Numbered from the stretch's first letter, positions 22,801 through 36,750 are shown. The stretch: DNA of 64,000 bases from Eledone cirrhosa (GCA_964016885.1 OZ024740.1:134912001-134976000); one strand, 5' to 3'. Made by a program: numbers and translations. Notes: a model not told the origin generated them from the sequence alone.

Positions 22801-25800
22801 ACTCATTCTCTTAGTTATCTCCTTTTTTAGCTTTCATTATAACTTTATTGGTTGTGTTTTCTAGTTTAATCCAACTTGTAGGCATTCGTTAAATTTTGTT
22901 GTTAATGATTTAATTCAAATAATGCTCTAGATGTTTCTAGTATAATTGTTAAAGGTTATATTTATTTAATAAATAATTTCTTTATTTTATTTTATTTTTT
23001 TTTAATGGAATTGTATTACATTTCCACACTATACCATGGCATATCCTAGAAAATTTGTGGTTCTATTGTTTCACAGAATATGACCTGTTTTAGTTTTAAG
23101 TTTCATATGGAATCTTTTTTTTTTATCAGCAAGGCTTTGGTAGTTTTTGATACATTCTATTCTTTCATTTTTTTCTCTCCCTTAACCATATACCTTCACA
23201 CTGTTTCTTCATCCCTATCTTCATCCCAAAATACATAAGTCAAAACTACTTAAGAAATGCAAATTACATTTAGAAAGGGTGCATTTAAGTAAGCAGTAAA
23301 TTCAATATAGCTAAACTAGTTTGAATAATTTTTCACTTGTGAACGTTACTAATTATGTTACTGTATTTAGAATATTTTATAAGGGATTCTCTTAGTATAC
23401 TGGTTTTGGAGTGCCTTTATATTTTTTTGATAGTTTTTAAAATAAGATTTTCCACTAAATAACATCTGATTTGATTAGTAAAACTTAGTGTTTAGTTCAA
23501 TTATAAATTAATTTAGTTATACCTTTTAGTAAAAAAATGATATACATCTTAACAAAATATGACTTAAAAGTAAATCAGGTCTACAATAATTAAATTTAAA
23601 TGAATTCTGTTTATTAAATAGAAATAGTTTTCACTGTTTCCTCCCAGTCTGCTCAGGATTATTTAAATTCCTTTACACATTACCTGTGATGATTTAAAAT
23701 TATCATTGGTTTTATGATGTATAGGTGAAATATTGCTACTGTTATTCCAGAAATTGTTAAACTGATGTTTAATTGTACACAAGACAAAAAGGAAACCCCT
23801 TTTTGTGCCATTGTCCTGGAAACCTATTTGAGGCTATGCCTCAACAATGTGCAAGTTCAGTCCTTATGTTCCTAATTGTTTTACAGATGTACAAGTAATG
23901 GCAATAAAGTGGCAGCCATTGGCAGTGAAATTCAAACTATTTCTTTGTTTTGGGTTTTTATTTCATTTATTGAAAACTTGCAGTCTAGGTTGGTAATAAG
24001 GATCACAGATTTGCTACCAAAACTAGAAATTTTTAAGTGTTTAAATATTACATTTTAAAAAAATTAGCAATATCAAATGTTATTTTATATTTCTTAAAAT
24101 ATATTTTTATATTGCTAATTAGTTTAATATTTATAAATTGGAAGACACCTGCCTTTATTGTGATTGAATTATTGACAATTTATTTTTAGTTCCTCTTTAG
24201 AAATTAGAACACAGGAAATAAGGAGAATATTGTTACTCTTATTATTGAGTTATTTCAATAGTATTTTGATAAGAAACCACTACAAAGGTTTTTTTTTTAA
24301 ATTTTACTAATATTTCAGATGTTATCTACTGGAATAATAGATGTCAGTATATCAATTTTTCCTTGTTGATGTTTACTCATTGACAATTTGGATTACCTGA
24401 TTAGTGTAGAATATTTGATTAATCTTTCATATCTGAATATTAATGTTAGACTTGGGAGTTATATTACTCAACAAAATGATTAACTTTTACTTTGCTTATC
24501 CATAGATCTGTTACATTATTAAACCATCCTTATGTTAGATGAATAGAGAAATATTCAAACTTAAACATTAGCAGCTTATTTCTGTTTTTATTTGTTTAAT
24601 TAAAACTGGCTACATAGCAATGAATGGATTCACTAACTTTAATATAATCATGCACATAAAGGCAGATATTTTTGTTTATTATTCAGTGACCATTATTAAA
24701 GCTTCAAATATTGCAGTATAGAAAATAAACCTGTTTAACTTCATTTCCAACCTGGCTGCTTTTTCAAAGTTTGTGTGCAAGACATTGAACAAAATTATTT
24801 GATGATACAGTTTTTCAGAAAAAGTTGTCAGTAAGTCTGACTCCTCTCCTATTTAATTGATCAAGATTTCCTTAATTAAAAATATATCAATTTTATTTAG
24901 AAATGTTATCAACAGTATGCAACTGTTTCTTTAGATCTGTATCTCATTTTGAAATGTCCTGCATTTGTTGTTAAAATAATTTCTTTTTTGAAACACTTCC
25001 TATTGAAGTTTTATCATACACAGATTTTATATTTTATAATTATTAGAAAGATATAAAAAGTTGCAAGTATGTATAGTTTTAAAAAAATGTACTTAAATAT
25101 ATTGATATATTGACTTAACTAGAGTTTCCCTTAAATCTTCTCTTTGCCTACCTAAAGCAGTCTAAGGTAAAATTCACATCCTGAATATGTATGAATTGTC
25201 AGTTTATATCAGTTTCCATAGATCTTGGTCATTGGTCATTTGTGCTGCTGATCGTTAGAGTATAGTTCAATACAGAAGTTTCTAATAATACCTTCTGTGC
25301 TTTAACTTGATGCAATACTTCATTTAGAATACCATATTTCATTAGTCATTTTGCCATACTTGCATAGGATATTGGGCTCACAATTATAGGGTTGTAAGTT
25401 CAATTCCTGGACTGGGTGACATGTTTTTGAGCAAAACATTTCATTTCACATTGCTTTTCATGGTATTATGAAAACTCCCAAGAAGCCCCCTATGAGATAC
25501 AACATTGTAGGAGGGCAGCTAAACCTGCATAGGTGTGAGCTGTAAATTTCATTTCATTGTTGCTAAAGCAAATATTGCTATTTCTTTCTTCCCCACAAAA
25601 TCCAAAATCTTAAAGATCTGCACACACTGCAAAGAAAGATCATTGCTTACTCAATTCCTGGAGTAGAAAATGTGGGTGGAGTTGGATATGTACTTATGGG
25701 AATATTCATCTGTGTTAACCTTATTTTTTTCCATATTCTAGTAATTCATCATCATCATCATCATCATCCATTTACGTCCGCTTTCCACACTGGCATGGGT

Positions 25801-28773
25801 TGGACGGATTATCAAAGCCAGATGAGTCAAACTGACCCATCTTGCTCATGTGTTCAATTAACAGTCTGAAACTTTTTTTTTTTCTCAGCTGTTAAAGATT
25901 TGTGTTTTGTTGTATCTATCAGAGAAATATGTTCAACCAACATCTACAATTATACAACACTTTCTTTAATAAAGAAAGTTTGTGAGTGTTGAGTACATGC
26001 CGTAAATGGTATTGATAATTGTGACTTGAAGTGAATAATTTTCACACATTTTAGGCAGATTGCCTTCTGTTTGTTTGCTTATACATTTGTGTACTTTTGT
26101 TTTATTTATTGGGGTTTTTTTTTCTGTTTGTATATTTTTACAGGTAAGTAAAACTATTAGCAATTTTTAAAAAACATTATTATTCTTGCTGAACTTTCCA
26201 AAGACTCTCACACACTTCTCAACCTGATTGGTTAGACTTATAATCAAAGGCATTCAAGCTGTGATAACCCTCTTTTTTCTATCATTCATTTTCCTGGAAG
26301 TGGACTACATTATCCAATGTGTCCTTATTTTTTAAGACCATGAGCTATGAGATTTGGCTGCTATTTCTAGCAGATTGAGTAATTGCATGGGCGTTTTTTG
26401 TTCGCTTTTGTGTTTAATCAAGTGTTGAGCTGGTATTTTATAGTGAGTCCTGTCACACTTGAAATATTACTTTATCTTTCTAATGAGTTTATTCATCCAT
26501 TATCTCTATCTACTGTATGAGGGTTTCTTTTATACATTAGCTTTTGGACAGTTGGAGACCCATTGAACTTTAGGGTGCTTCAGTTTTTAGTATCTACACA
26601 GAGCAATGTTGAGATCTATATTGATGGATTAATCAATGTCTTGTGTAGTTGCAGTGATCCATACCAAATATTGATACAATTTGTTCCAGTAATTTCCCAA
26701 TTGTTAAATTGTTTTGAGACAGCAACTTTGGTAGGGCAAGGTGTTATGCATAACATAAGGGATTGTGGTATATACTGTGTGTGTATTTTGTGAAAATGTT
26801 TCAAATAGTTTTTCCTGTTGCATAATTTTTTTTTTCTTTTATAATTTACATTTCAGAATAATTTAATCTTCATCCTATTATTGACACCTCCTTGGGGCTA
26901 GGTTTAATCACTAAAAATTGACTGAAGTATTCTCTACAATATTACATGAAATATTCATTGAAATTATATTGAGAAGTCAGCTTTTGTTAGATGATTGTTT
27001 CTTTTTTTTTCTTGATGTTGGTGAAGTGTGAAGGTTTTGGTCTTTGAAAGATTAGTTTTCATTCTTAGAATGCTTTGCTATTGACATTAAAAGTACATAA
27101 TTCTTTTCCTGTAACTTCAGAATATCTGTTTATAAAAAGAACCTAATCTTCATTAGTTTTACAATAGCCTGGTCTAAACTGCCACCTGGCCTTTAGCAGA
27201 ATCTACTACTCTGTTGCAAGCATTTGAGCCTGGACTTTGGTTTGATGAAACCTTGCTCTTCCCCACTAGTCATGGAGGCCCTAGAAAATGGTCATGAGCA
27301 CTTTCTCCTAAGCAATAAAAAAAAAAGTATAATGTTCTAAATGTTTTATGAAGACATTTTAGATTATTCTGAAATTTGCTATTCTAAAGTAGTTGTAGTA
27401 GTTGAAGGTTATAAATACACCAAAGAATGAGTTATGTTAAAGTATTTTTAAATTGACATGTTGCTGGTTTGTTCAGCTGTCTTAAAACGATCACAAGTAC
27501 ACTTGCAAAAATAATTGAAGTGTTTTGAAGTTATTTTTACTGTGTTACTACTAATAATTTCTCACATTTGATACTAAAGACTGCTTGTTAAAATAAATAT
27601 AAAGGTAAGTTGTGTATGGAGCCTTTAATCTTCTTTTTCTACTAGTACAGATATTTTTTGTTATTTTCATTTTGTTCATATATACACATACACACATATC
27701 AATATCTAAATGCAATAAGTTCTAATATTTTTACTGATTAGTTCATTTCTAAATTGTTATAAATAATTCATCATTTTATGTCTGCCTTTTTATAATGGCA
27801 TGGGTTGGATAAGTCATTACAGATCAAGTTAGTACTCTGGAGATATTGCTTGCCTTGCTCAATACATTTTTTCATAACTTCTACAGTTAGAAGCCCTTCC
27901 TAATGTCAACCATTTTAGAGTCTAGTGGGTGCATTTTATCATGACAGGCATTAGGGAGATTGTCATGTTTCTGAAGAATCCTCTCTAACCTTTTTGTTAT
28001 GGTGTCTACAACCAGGTGCTCATTCTAATGCCAACTAGTTTATAAGATATACTGGGTGCATATTACTGTGGCACAAGCACTTAGTGGTTATGTCTTTGAC
28101 AATACTGAAAAGTCCGCTCTCCCATTTTTTAGTATGGTTTCTATTGTTGGATGCTCTTCATAATGCCAACCATCTTTGCAACATGTAATTTGTTTTACAT
28201 GTTTGTGCTGGTGTTTCTGTTGATATTTTTCAAGAATATAATCATGTTTTGTGGGAGGTTGTTTATTTGCCCCACTTATTGAGATTCGTAGTCTAGCATA
28301 TATTTTCTTATAACCAACCTTATCACAATAAGGAACCTTAAAATTGTATTACAAGGTCCTGTTGTCAATGGTTTTATGTAATTTTGCCCTTTACAAAGTA
28401 TAATCTCATTGGAATGAACAGCATATTTTTCAAAGTTTATTGCTCCAATGTTGTAAGTTTATTGTTTTAGATGTTTATTAAATCTCATTAGCTTTCATGA
28501 ATAATATTTCAAATTCGGTAGTAATGGTGTGATAGATATAAAAGCTAATTAGGACATCAATAAATATTTTAATTTAGTGGATTTGATTTTGTGAAGAATT
28601 ATGCCCTCTCCAAATAATTCCCTAGTGTTTACACAGTTTCCTTAATATAAGTTACCGATAAAATTTATCAGATTATCTAATGATACAGTATATATTTAAA
28701 AGAATTATGTAGGGTTAGATAATTCATTTCTTAAAGTAAAGAAAATGGTATTAATGTTCTGTTTAAAGATATA

Positions 28774-28949
28774 CCATATGTACTTGAATATAAACTGAGG
28801 AATAATTGACCAAAAAAATCGATGGCAAAATAGGGGGTCAGCTTATATATGCCATCTAAACAATGTGTTGATTTGCTGCCTCGGCTTATAAACACAGTTT
28901 GAATTTTTGCCCATTCTCACATAAAATACTTATATTCAAGTATATTCGG
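28774..28949. mobile_element. Tc2/pogo-like MITE
   Basis: TA|CCATATGTACTTGAATATAAAC...ACTTATATTCAAGTATATTCGG|TA. Confidence 0.75.
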
Positions 28950-29366
28950 TAGTTAAACTTTCTTCAAGAAATCTTAGGTAAATGAAAGGATTAAAAGTTT
29001 ACATTTATTGAAAATAACAATAAATCTTTCCTTTTAATACCAAATTACATCTGATTCTATGATACAAAACTGTTTAAATTAAAGTGTTTATATTTATCTT
29101 TAAAATTTTCATCATAATTTTATCTAAGAATCTTTAAGTTATTTTTCAAACACAAGACAAATATTGCTAAATCCCTCCAAATTCTGGATTATTTTCAAAA
29201 TCATAGTGTCTTTTATTACAAATATGATAATGAAAGAGTTAAGCTAAAAAAAGATATATAGGTAAAGAACAAAAAATAATCTTAAATCTTGGTAATAATC
29301 ATTTTTGTTTTTTATTTTATTTTTTATTACTAATGTATTTGTTTTATCTGTCTTCATTTCTTACAG

Positions 29367-29650
29367 ATCATCAATTGCGACTTCAGTTAATTCATCACCT
29401 GTGTATTCCAACAATGTATATCTTCAGCCGCCTTCCCTTCCTGTTATTGCCCCCAACAGTATCTCAGCAGTATTCGGCTCACGGTCATCCCCTGTATTGA
29501 AATCTACACATTCATTGTACATATCACCTACTTCAGCAAACTTTGCCGAACTGTCGGCCAATGATATTTCTGAAAGTTATACAAAGCTACCAATTTTCCC
29601 TGGAGCCAATGCCAGTTCAGCAGCAGCAGCAGCAACACCAAACCCAAGGG
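29367..29650 (+). CDS. PIAS: PIAS exon, Ser/Pro-rich C-terminal region, phase 2/1
   Basis: ttcttacAG|A...AGGG|GTaatg; only one frame is open across the exon: SSIATSVNSSPVYSNNVYLQPPSLPVIAP...SSAAAAATPNPR. Confidence 0.78.
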
Positions 29651-31771
29651 GTAATGAGATTCACTTTATATCTATATGAATTCCTCTCAAAATTGGCAAA
29701 GAAATTTGAAACTACAATTGCTGGATGGCAGTAGCTCTGTGCATATAGGCATAAATCTAGTGTACTATTTGGACAATAATTTAAAATTAAAAAATATTAA
29801 AATCATCATTTTAATGACACTCCAAATTTGGGTTGGTATCATCAAATATTTCAGAGAGGACACAAAGTTCTTTTTGCATCTTCATTACTCGAGAAGGGGG
29901 AAGTTTTAATTTTTGTTGATGTTTTTGTTCTTTTTATCCTTTTGTCTGTCTAAAAATTAAGGATATATATAGCTTAAATAGGTGTTCTTATTTTTTTTCT
30001 TGCTTTTTAAGTTTGTCTCCTTTGTTTAAAATTTTTGCTGGTAGTATGTAAAGTACTTCTTAATTTATTATTTTTTTCTTTTGATTTAAGAATTTCATTT
30101 AGAGGAATCTTGATGCTTAAAGAGTATAGAATTATTAGATGGTGTGGGCAATTATCCCCCAAAATAGTATATATATATATATATAATATATGAATGTATT
30201 TGATTTAGTATTGTATATAAGAAATAATGTATGAATGAAACTTTTAAGCATTATAACTGATTCCACATGGTGAAAAACTATTAACATGTCCAGAACATTT
30301 CAACAGTAATTGATTATTTAAATTTTCTAAATAAGTTATCAGTTGCTCAAAATTCATAAAGGTCGTACACACTAACACGTATCTAAATTATCCAAGAATT
30401 CCCTTTAAGAAAATAAACAAATGTAAAATATTTAATTGAAGTATATTTTAACTAAGACTGAAAATTGTCATTCTCAAAATGATAGTTATTATATTTATTA
30501 TATTTTTAACCTTGAAAAATGGAAGTAAAGATAAATTTGTACATTTTATGCAAAATAATTTAGTGTCTCATTACCTTCACTAATTGGTATTTAGGGAGGC
30601 AAGATATTTTCAAAATAGTTCAGGGCTTTAGGGGTGGGGCTACAAAAACCACTTATGTTTATTTGTTATATTAACTCCAATAAATAAAATGTGGACCACA
30701 AATTTGTTGGTAAAATGTTTCTAGAACCCCCTTTTTCCTCCCTACTTCCTTATTTTTCATAAAATTTTTTTTTTTAATAAAGAATTGTCATGTGAAAAGA
30801 AATGTGTTGAAGTTATTTATTTTCACCTGCATCTACAAATAAGTTCACATTGAGACATATAGAGATTTTTTTTAATTGAAGGTTATGTGCATGATTATTA
30901 TTGGTTTTCATTCTTTGTTTATGTCTATGATCTGGCCTATTTTTTTATGTATGCATACATATATTTATTTCTTTTTTTAAACTAGTAATGGAATGAACTA
31001 GAATTTTAGGTATTTTACCAACTGAATATATTAGAATTGAATATCATTAATATTTAGGGTCTAAAATAAAAGTATTGTTGCAAAACTCAAAAAATTATAT
31101 GATGCATATATTTAAAACTTATATAATACTGTTAGCTTCTCGCTACAACAATTTCTATACTTTTCATTTATATATATATATACACATATTTTTAATACAT
31201 ATCATTTTTAGTTATATTTAGTCACCAATTTATTATTTGCTAAACTAAACTATAATATTGAGGTTTACTTAGTTGATGTTATTTCTTAAATTATAGATAT
31301 ATATATATGTATACTGCAAAAAAAATTCTCCAGTGTCAGGTTTGAATATTTTTATTTTTTTATTATTTGGCTTTTGTGGCTTGGGGTCATAGCATTTTTG
31401 AACAAGCTGTTGTTTCTATTATTTACAAATGGTGGTGCTGCAGCCTTAGAGAGAGAGAGAGAAAAGCAATTATATTGCTTGGAAAAATAAATAGTTCAGA
31501 AGAAATTTTGAAGCCTTTTCTCACTTTACATTTTTATTTATTCATATTACATTAAATAACATCCACACATACAAAATCTGAAATGACTTTTTTCTCCATA
31601 TTTGTCACTTTAAGCAAGCCCTTAGACTATCTTTTGAAATATTCCGTAGCACTTCAAAGAATTTTCTATTCAATATAGTTATCATCCATTTTATCTTTCT
31701 CTGGAACAATCAAGGGTCAAAGCTGAAAAAATGCCCTGATTTCATTGATTTAGTTTTCTCATTTCTAACAG

Positions 31772-31776
31772 ATATG
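31772..31776 (+). CDS. PIAS: Candidate 5-nt PIAS microexon (ATATG), phase 1/0
   Basis: ttttctcatttctaacAG|ATATG|GTAAAT; the same GTAAAT donor is used by three other exons of this gene; converts phase 1 to phase 0 as needed by exon 32454-32508. Confidence 0.45.
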
Positions 31777-32453
31777 GTAAATTCATAGAAGGCTTGGCTA
31801 TGGCAGCTGCTTGAGAATCTGAAGTCATGTTGACTCTTCTCATTGCTTGTTGTGAAGTTCCATTGAGTGACAAGCAACATACCTTCAAGTGAGTGGCCTG
31901 CTCTACTCTACTCTCAGTTCCTTACATTTTGAAACCAGCTGCAAAATATAAGAAAATGGAAAGCAATAGTGATCTATCTATGATTTCTTTTTACTTAGTA
32001 TGCTGTTTGTTTTCATACTCAATATGTTTTAAATTACTATTTTTTTCCCAGATATTTTCTATTTCTTTTGAGAGTAAATTATTTTATTATTTTGTGTCAC
32101 ACTGCTTTTTGTGTGTTTGCAAATATAAGTATAAGCCTCTAGTTTCTTTGCATGTTGATTTCTAATAAATGCATTGCAAACTATTCCTAAAAGATTTGCC
32201 TTATATATATATCTCTGCATTAGTGAACAATGGTATTGGAATTTTTAGCGAAAATCTGCAACCAAAGAATAGGCTGCTGCTTTCACCTCCTTTCTAAATT
32301 CTTAGGTTAGAATATATTTTGATTTTTATTAGAATTATTTTAAGAAATACATTTCAGTATATTTTAAAAAAAAAAAAAATTCCGTCCATTTCACGCATCT
32401 GTAAAAGGTTATATTTTTGAAGAAGTTTAGATTTGATTGATCTATTTTATTAG

Positions 32454-32508
32454 GACTCGTTCAATTCAGTTTCAAGCACTCTTGCTTATTCCACTGCCAT
32501 CAGAAGAG
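32454..32508 (+). CDS. PIAS: Candidate 55-nt PIAS cassette exon, phase 0/1
   Basis: tctattttattAG|GAC...AGAG|GTaaca; DSFNSVSSTLAYSTAIRR in the frame that rejoins exon 32743. Confidence 0.55.
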
Positions 32509-32742
32509 GTAACATTTTTAATCTAAGATTTAAGTTTAATATAAACACTTATGCACACATTTCTAAATATTAGTTACTAACAATCTGAAAAGCAGCAGCT
32601 TGTTCAAATATTCTTAACAATTCTTTATTTCTTTTCCATTTTACTGTTGCACATCAAAACATTTTTCAATATGTATCTTGTTTAAACAATATAATCTCTG
32701 TCATTAATGTATGTGTGTGTGTATTTTTTTATCTTTCATTAG

Positions 32743-32792
32743 ATGTCTCCATGTATTCATTGCTACCAACAGAAACCAGTGAGAATATGGAG
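32743..32792 (+). CDS. PIAS: PIAS exon, phase 1/0
   Basis: atctttcattAG|AT...GAG|GTAAGT (perfect donor); DVSMYSLLPTETSENME; bridges the phase-1 end of exon 29650 to the phase-0 last exon. Confidence 0.72.
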
Positions 32793-33798
32793 GTAAGTGA
32801 AATTAATATCATTGCTACTACTACAACTATGAACACAGTTATGGCCTAGTGGTTAAGATGTTTATTTTGTTAGTAAAAAAAAATCCTGTTGCATGACTTG
32901 GGTGAGTGTCTTTAACCATAGTCCAAGGTTAACCCAAACTTGGAGAGATTGGGTAGATGGAACTATGAAACCCTGTTGGGTGGATTGTACCTATAATTCA
33001 AAAAGTCACTGCTAATTCTGCCTATGGATGATATTAAAGATATAAGTATCTGTGTAATACTCAAGCACTTGAGTATTACATACTCAATACATTGAATATG
33101 TGAAGCACTTGTCAAAACCAACAATGGATCCAATTAGTAATACAACTATTACCAGTGATTCATATTAACCCATTTTTATATAATCATCTCAAATGATACT
33201 AAGCTGTTTATTTAAATGGTATATATTTACATATAAACTGTCCATCATAATTTTATGTAAAAACATCTGTTAAGTTATGTTGCAATCACCAGCTTCATAA
33301 TGAGAAAGTTACAAGCAATGTCATTTATTAGAAATATTATACAGGGATTAAAAGAGGTAGAACTGGATTATAGTTCTTGACATCAATATGTTCCTAAACT
33401 GAGCTAATATTTTATCTTTGCTATTTATGTTCATTACTATTCAATTATGTTCACTGTTTATTCATGTTCAACTGTTGTTTTTATTTATATTTCACTGTTT
33501 CTACTTTGTTCTACTTCAATATTATGTTCATGAGACTGGAGTTTAGTGTAGTTATACACATATAAGTAGTCATGAAGGTATTTTGTCATAAATGGCTCAT
33601 TTTCTCTTATGAGAATAAAAAGGGTGTATACTGCAAGATTTGCTGGATTCTTAACGAAATTACTACTATTTTTGTACATTTTCTCTGAAGCTTGTAAACG
33701 GAAGCAATAATACTTCATCAAAATAATCTTGTAACATTGCTGTAATTATTTAGATCTAATAAACTTCTCAGCTTCATTTCTCATGAATCGTCTCTTAA

Positions 33799-34006
33799 CC
33801 CTTTAGCATTTAAACCGGCCATATCCGGCCAGAATTCTCTCACCTCTTTCTGTTCAAACCGGCTGTAACTAGCCACTCATACTGATATTAAGGTGTTGTT
33901 CTCAAAATAAATAACATTGAAATCTCATAGATTCGATATTACGTGAGATAAAGCCTTTACCGCAAAAATACAATAGTATATATAGAGTAATGTAAATGCT
34001 AAAGGG
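33799..34006 (+). mobile_element. piggyBac-derived MITE
   Basis: TTAA|CCCTTTAGCATTT...AAATGCTAAAGGG|CTAA; interior shares gaaatctc...gagataaagcc with the longer piggyBac copies. Confidence 0.85.
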
Positions 34007-34888
34007 CTAATGCTGCACTCTAACTTTTGTGTTAGCAAAATGTAATTCTTATGATAAAGCTTTATCACCCAAAGGGAGACAACTACAATTTTATAGGCGT
34101 TTCCTCATTTGGCAACTGCTCTATATAGAGAGAAGACACACATACATATAAATGTATGTGTGTGTGTGTATATATATATATAGTTCTAATTCATTCATTA
34201 TGGAGACTCCCCTTTAAATGAAAAGATTAGCAAGGGAATGGCAAAGACGGCGCCAATCAAGCTTATCTGAAGATATTCCAGTTTCTCATCAGAAAAGTTA
34301 GATGCAGAAACGGCACTGTAAGACTGAAAAAGAAAGAAATATGAAGGTAAGAGCATTGCAAAGAATTCAACAAGAAGCTGAAGAAAAATGGAATAGAAGA
34401 TCTCTAATGCACAATCCATGAGATTGAATACAACAAACAAGATAAATTTGTTATGTAAAGAGCTATTTCATGTAAATATCTACATTCAAAAATAAATGTA
34501 GTTTTCTATATTTCAACTTCATTTTTATTATCGTTTTTTAAATATAATGGATTCATTTGCCATCAGAGCTGGTGGTAGAGATACACTCGAAACTATTGAA
34601 ACACCTAATCAGAGCTCTGATGATCTTGAAATGTTTCAGTTTTCAGGTCATAGTTAAAAAGAGCAAAGAGAAATTTGTTAGGGCAGCACCAGGTTTTTTT
34701 ATCCAGTAAATCAGTCATGAAGTATAATTATTAGACAATTGAGCTTCACTAAGTTGATTTATATTATGTATCCAGGATTACAATACAATATTTGACAACA
34801 GAATCTCATCTCATAACCCATTAGAGTTACTTTAGTATTACATTGCATTTGAAAGCTAATATTTTATTTTTCTGTTCTATTTCTCCAG

Positions 34889-35158
34889 ATATCTAACTTG
34901 ATTGGTTTACCAAGCTATCCTCCTAACAGTAGCATTGTATCCAGCATGAATAGCAGTAGTAGCTGCAGTAACAGCAGTAGTAGTATTAGCAGCAGCAGCA
35001 GCAATAGTAATGGGTGTAAAAGCAGCAACATCAGTCATAGCCATCCACCCATACCTACCACAGTTATGACTAACCCAAATACTGGAAGCACTTCATCCGA
35101 TTGTTTGGGTTCAACTCTCAACCAACTTAATCAGCCTGATGTCATATCACTCGATTAA
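34889..35158 (+). CDS. PIAS: PIAS terminal coding exon (poly-Ser tract; C-terminal PDVISLD SIM)
   Basis: ttctccAG|ATA; ISNLIGLPSYPP...SSSSS...QLNQPDVISLD*; matches the PDIISLD-type C-terminus of vertebrate PIAS1/2. Confidence 0.88.
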   Translation: MSNLIGLPSYPPNSSIVSSMNSSSSCSNSSSSISSSSSNSNGCKSSNISHSHPPIPTTVMTNPNTGSTSSDCLGSTLNQLNQPDVISLD

Positions 35159-36157
35159 AACATCTTGATACATCTCAAACATGTCAGTGCACTCATCAAG
35201 AAATACTTTGATATATGTTTGTAAATAAAGAGTACTTTCAGATTTGTTTCACAGTTCACAAACTGATGTTCCTACATACTGGTACAAAATGTGCATATGT
35301 ATAAAATTTAGAAAACAACATTGACTGATTGCACATGGCAGCAGCAACATTACACATATATAGTGATTATTTAAAACACTTGTCATTACTTTTATCATAT
35401 AAAGTTTGAAATGTTATCACAGTTATGTAAAACATTAGTAGGTGGTTGCTTTGAATCTTTTTATATAATCTTTTCTGTTAAAACATTATTAGTCTACTAC
35501 CACATACATTTAAACTGTAAAGCATTTTCATTCTTTGAAATATGTGTCAGACACTATATTATTAGAATTCATTTACAGTTAGATTCTTGAATGTCCAGCA
35601 AGTTATTATTAAAGGAAAGAAAAGAAATTATATTTTCATAAAATTGTTCAGACATTCAAGTGTTTACAAATCCGAACATCTAAATTGTTATAAACTGGTT
35701 AACTATAGATAATAATGCAGTTAAGCTCATCTGATAACAGTTCAATGTAGAGTTATTGGAAGTGATTAAGTATTCTCAAAATTCAACATCAGGAACATCA
35801 ATTCTACTATAAATCAAAGTTTTATCATCTGTGACAGAATTACTTAGCTGAATTTAAGGTACACCAACTGTTGAGTAAAACAAAGAAAAAAAATTGATTT
35901 TTCAATTCATTGTTTTTTGTTTTTGTTTTTGTTTATACTAAAACTATTGAAAGTTTATTAAAAAAATAAATAATATTCCTGAATTAAATAATGCATAGAT
36001 TTATTTGAAGACTTATTTTAAACCATATAAATAGAAAATTAAATTAAGAAAGCAAAAAGATGAAAAATAAAACTAATCAGATTCTGTAAATTACTGTTGC
36101 TAATTGTTGTTGTTTTAATTAGTATTTTACCTAAGAATAACTCTGGTTGTGATCCAG

Positions 36158-36159
<2 letters not shown>

Positions 36160-36224
<65 letters not shown>
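36160..36224. repeat. (TA)n(TG)n compound microsatellite
   Basis: Direct reading. Confidence 0.95.
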
Positions 36225-36227
<3 letters not shown>

Positions 36228-36228
<1 letters not shown>

Positions 36229-36750
36229 ATCATTTAATGTCCACTTTCCCTGATAACAAGGATTGGACAGGTCATCACAAACCAAGTCAGTACTTGATCA
36301 AAGCTACTGACTTTTCATGTGGGCCAGGCCCATATCTCACATATATTCCCTTATTTGCTGAGTACACTGGGTGCATTTTACAGCACCAGAAAAATGGTCA
36401 TGTGTTTGGCAAGTTTTCTATAGCTGGATGCCCTTCATATAAACAACCATTTTACAAGGTGTACTTGGTGCATTTATCATGTAGATCACCAATACTAGAG
36501 AGCTTGTTATGCCCTTGACACAACTAAAGAATCCTTTTGACCGTTTTTAGCATGGTTACTACAACTGGATGCTTTATCTATCACCAAGCTAATTTACAGG
36601 GTGTATTGCATCCGTTTTTCATAGTACCAGCACTAGAGAATGTGTCATAACTGGAGGGTCCTCTCAAACCTTTTGGGCATCCTAGCATCAACCTCTTTAT
36701 GGAGTTTGCTGGGTGCATTTTATTGTGACACCAACACTAGAGGGGTTGTC
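36228..36750 (-). mobile_element. RTE-related non-autonomous retroposon with internal tandem sub-repeats (similar copies at ~5470-5930, ~27765-28180, ~62395-62600, ~63285-63730)
   Basis: catttaatgtccactttccc tail (reverse of the RTE 3' end) followed by repeated ...ctggatgcccttc...aaccatttt...gtactgggtgcattt...cactagag blocks. Confidence 0.7.

Larger units (their letters stand above)
2219..35158 (+). other. PIAS: PIAS-family E3 SUMO-protein ligase gene (PIAS1/2-like, Su(var)2-10 orthologue), 5'-partial; span of coding exons in window
   Basis: Hand-spliced GT-AG exons join with consistent phases into HPDVRLKRLPFYD...KPTSL, PKRPGRPVDIT (PINIT motif variant), SP-RING ([24 protein letters not shown]...WICPVCDK), VIDLTMDSSSDEED (SIM plus acidic tract) and C-terminal PDVISLD*. 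SAP-domain exons are not in the window. Confidence 0.96.

Noticed and set aside
29543-29734. Poly-Gln ORF (QQQQQQHQ)
   Set aside because: Alternate frame of the PIAS poly-Ala (GCA)n stretch; this frame is closed upstream within the exon.
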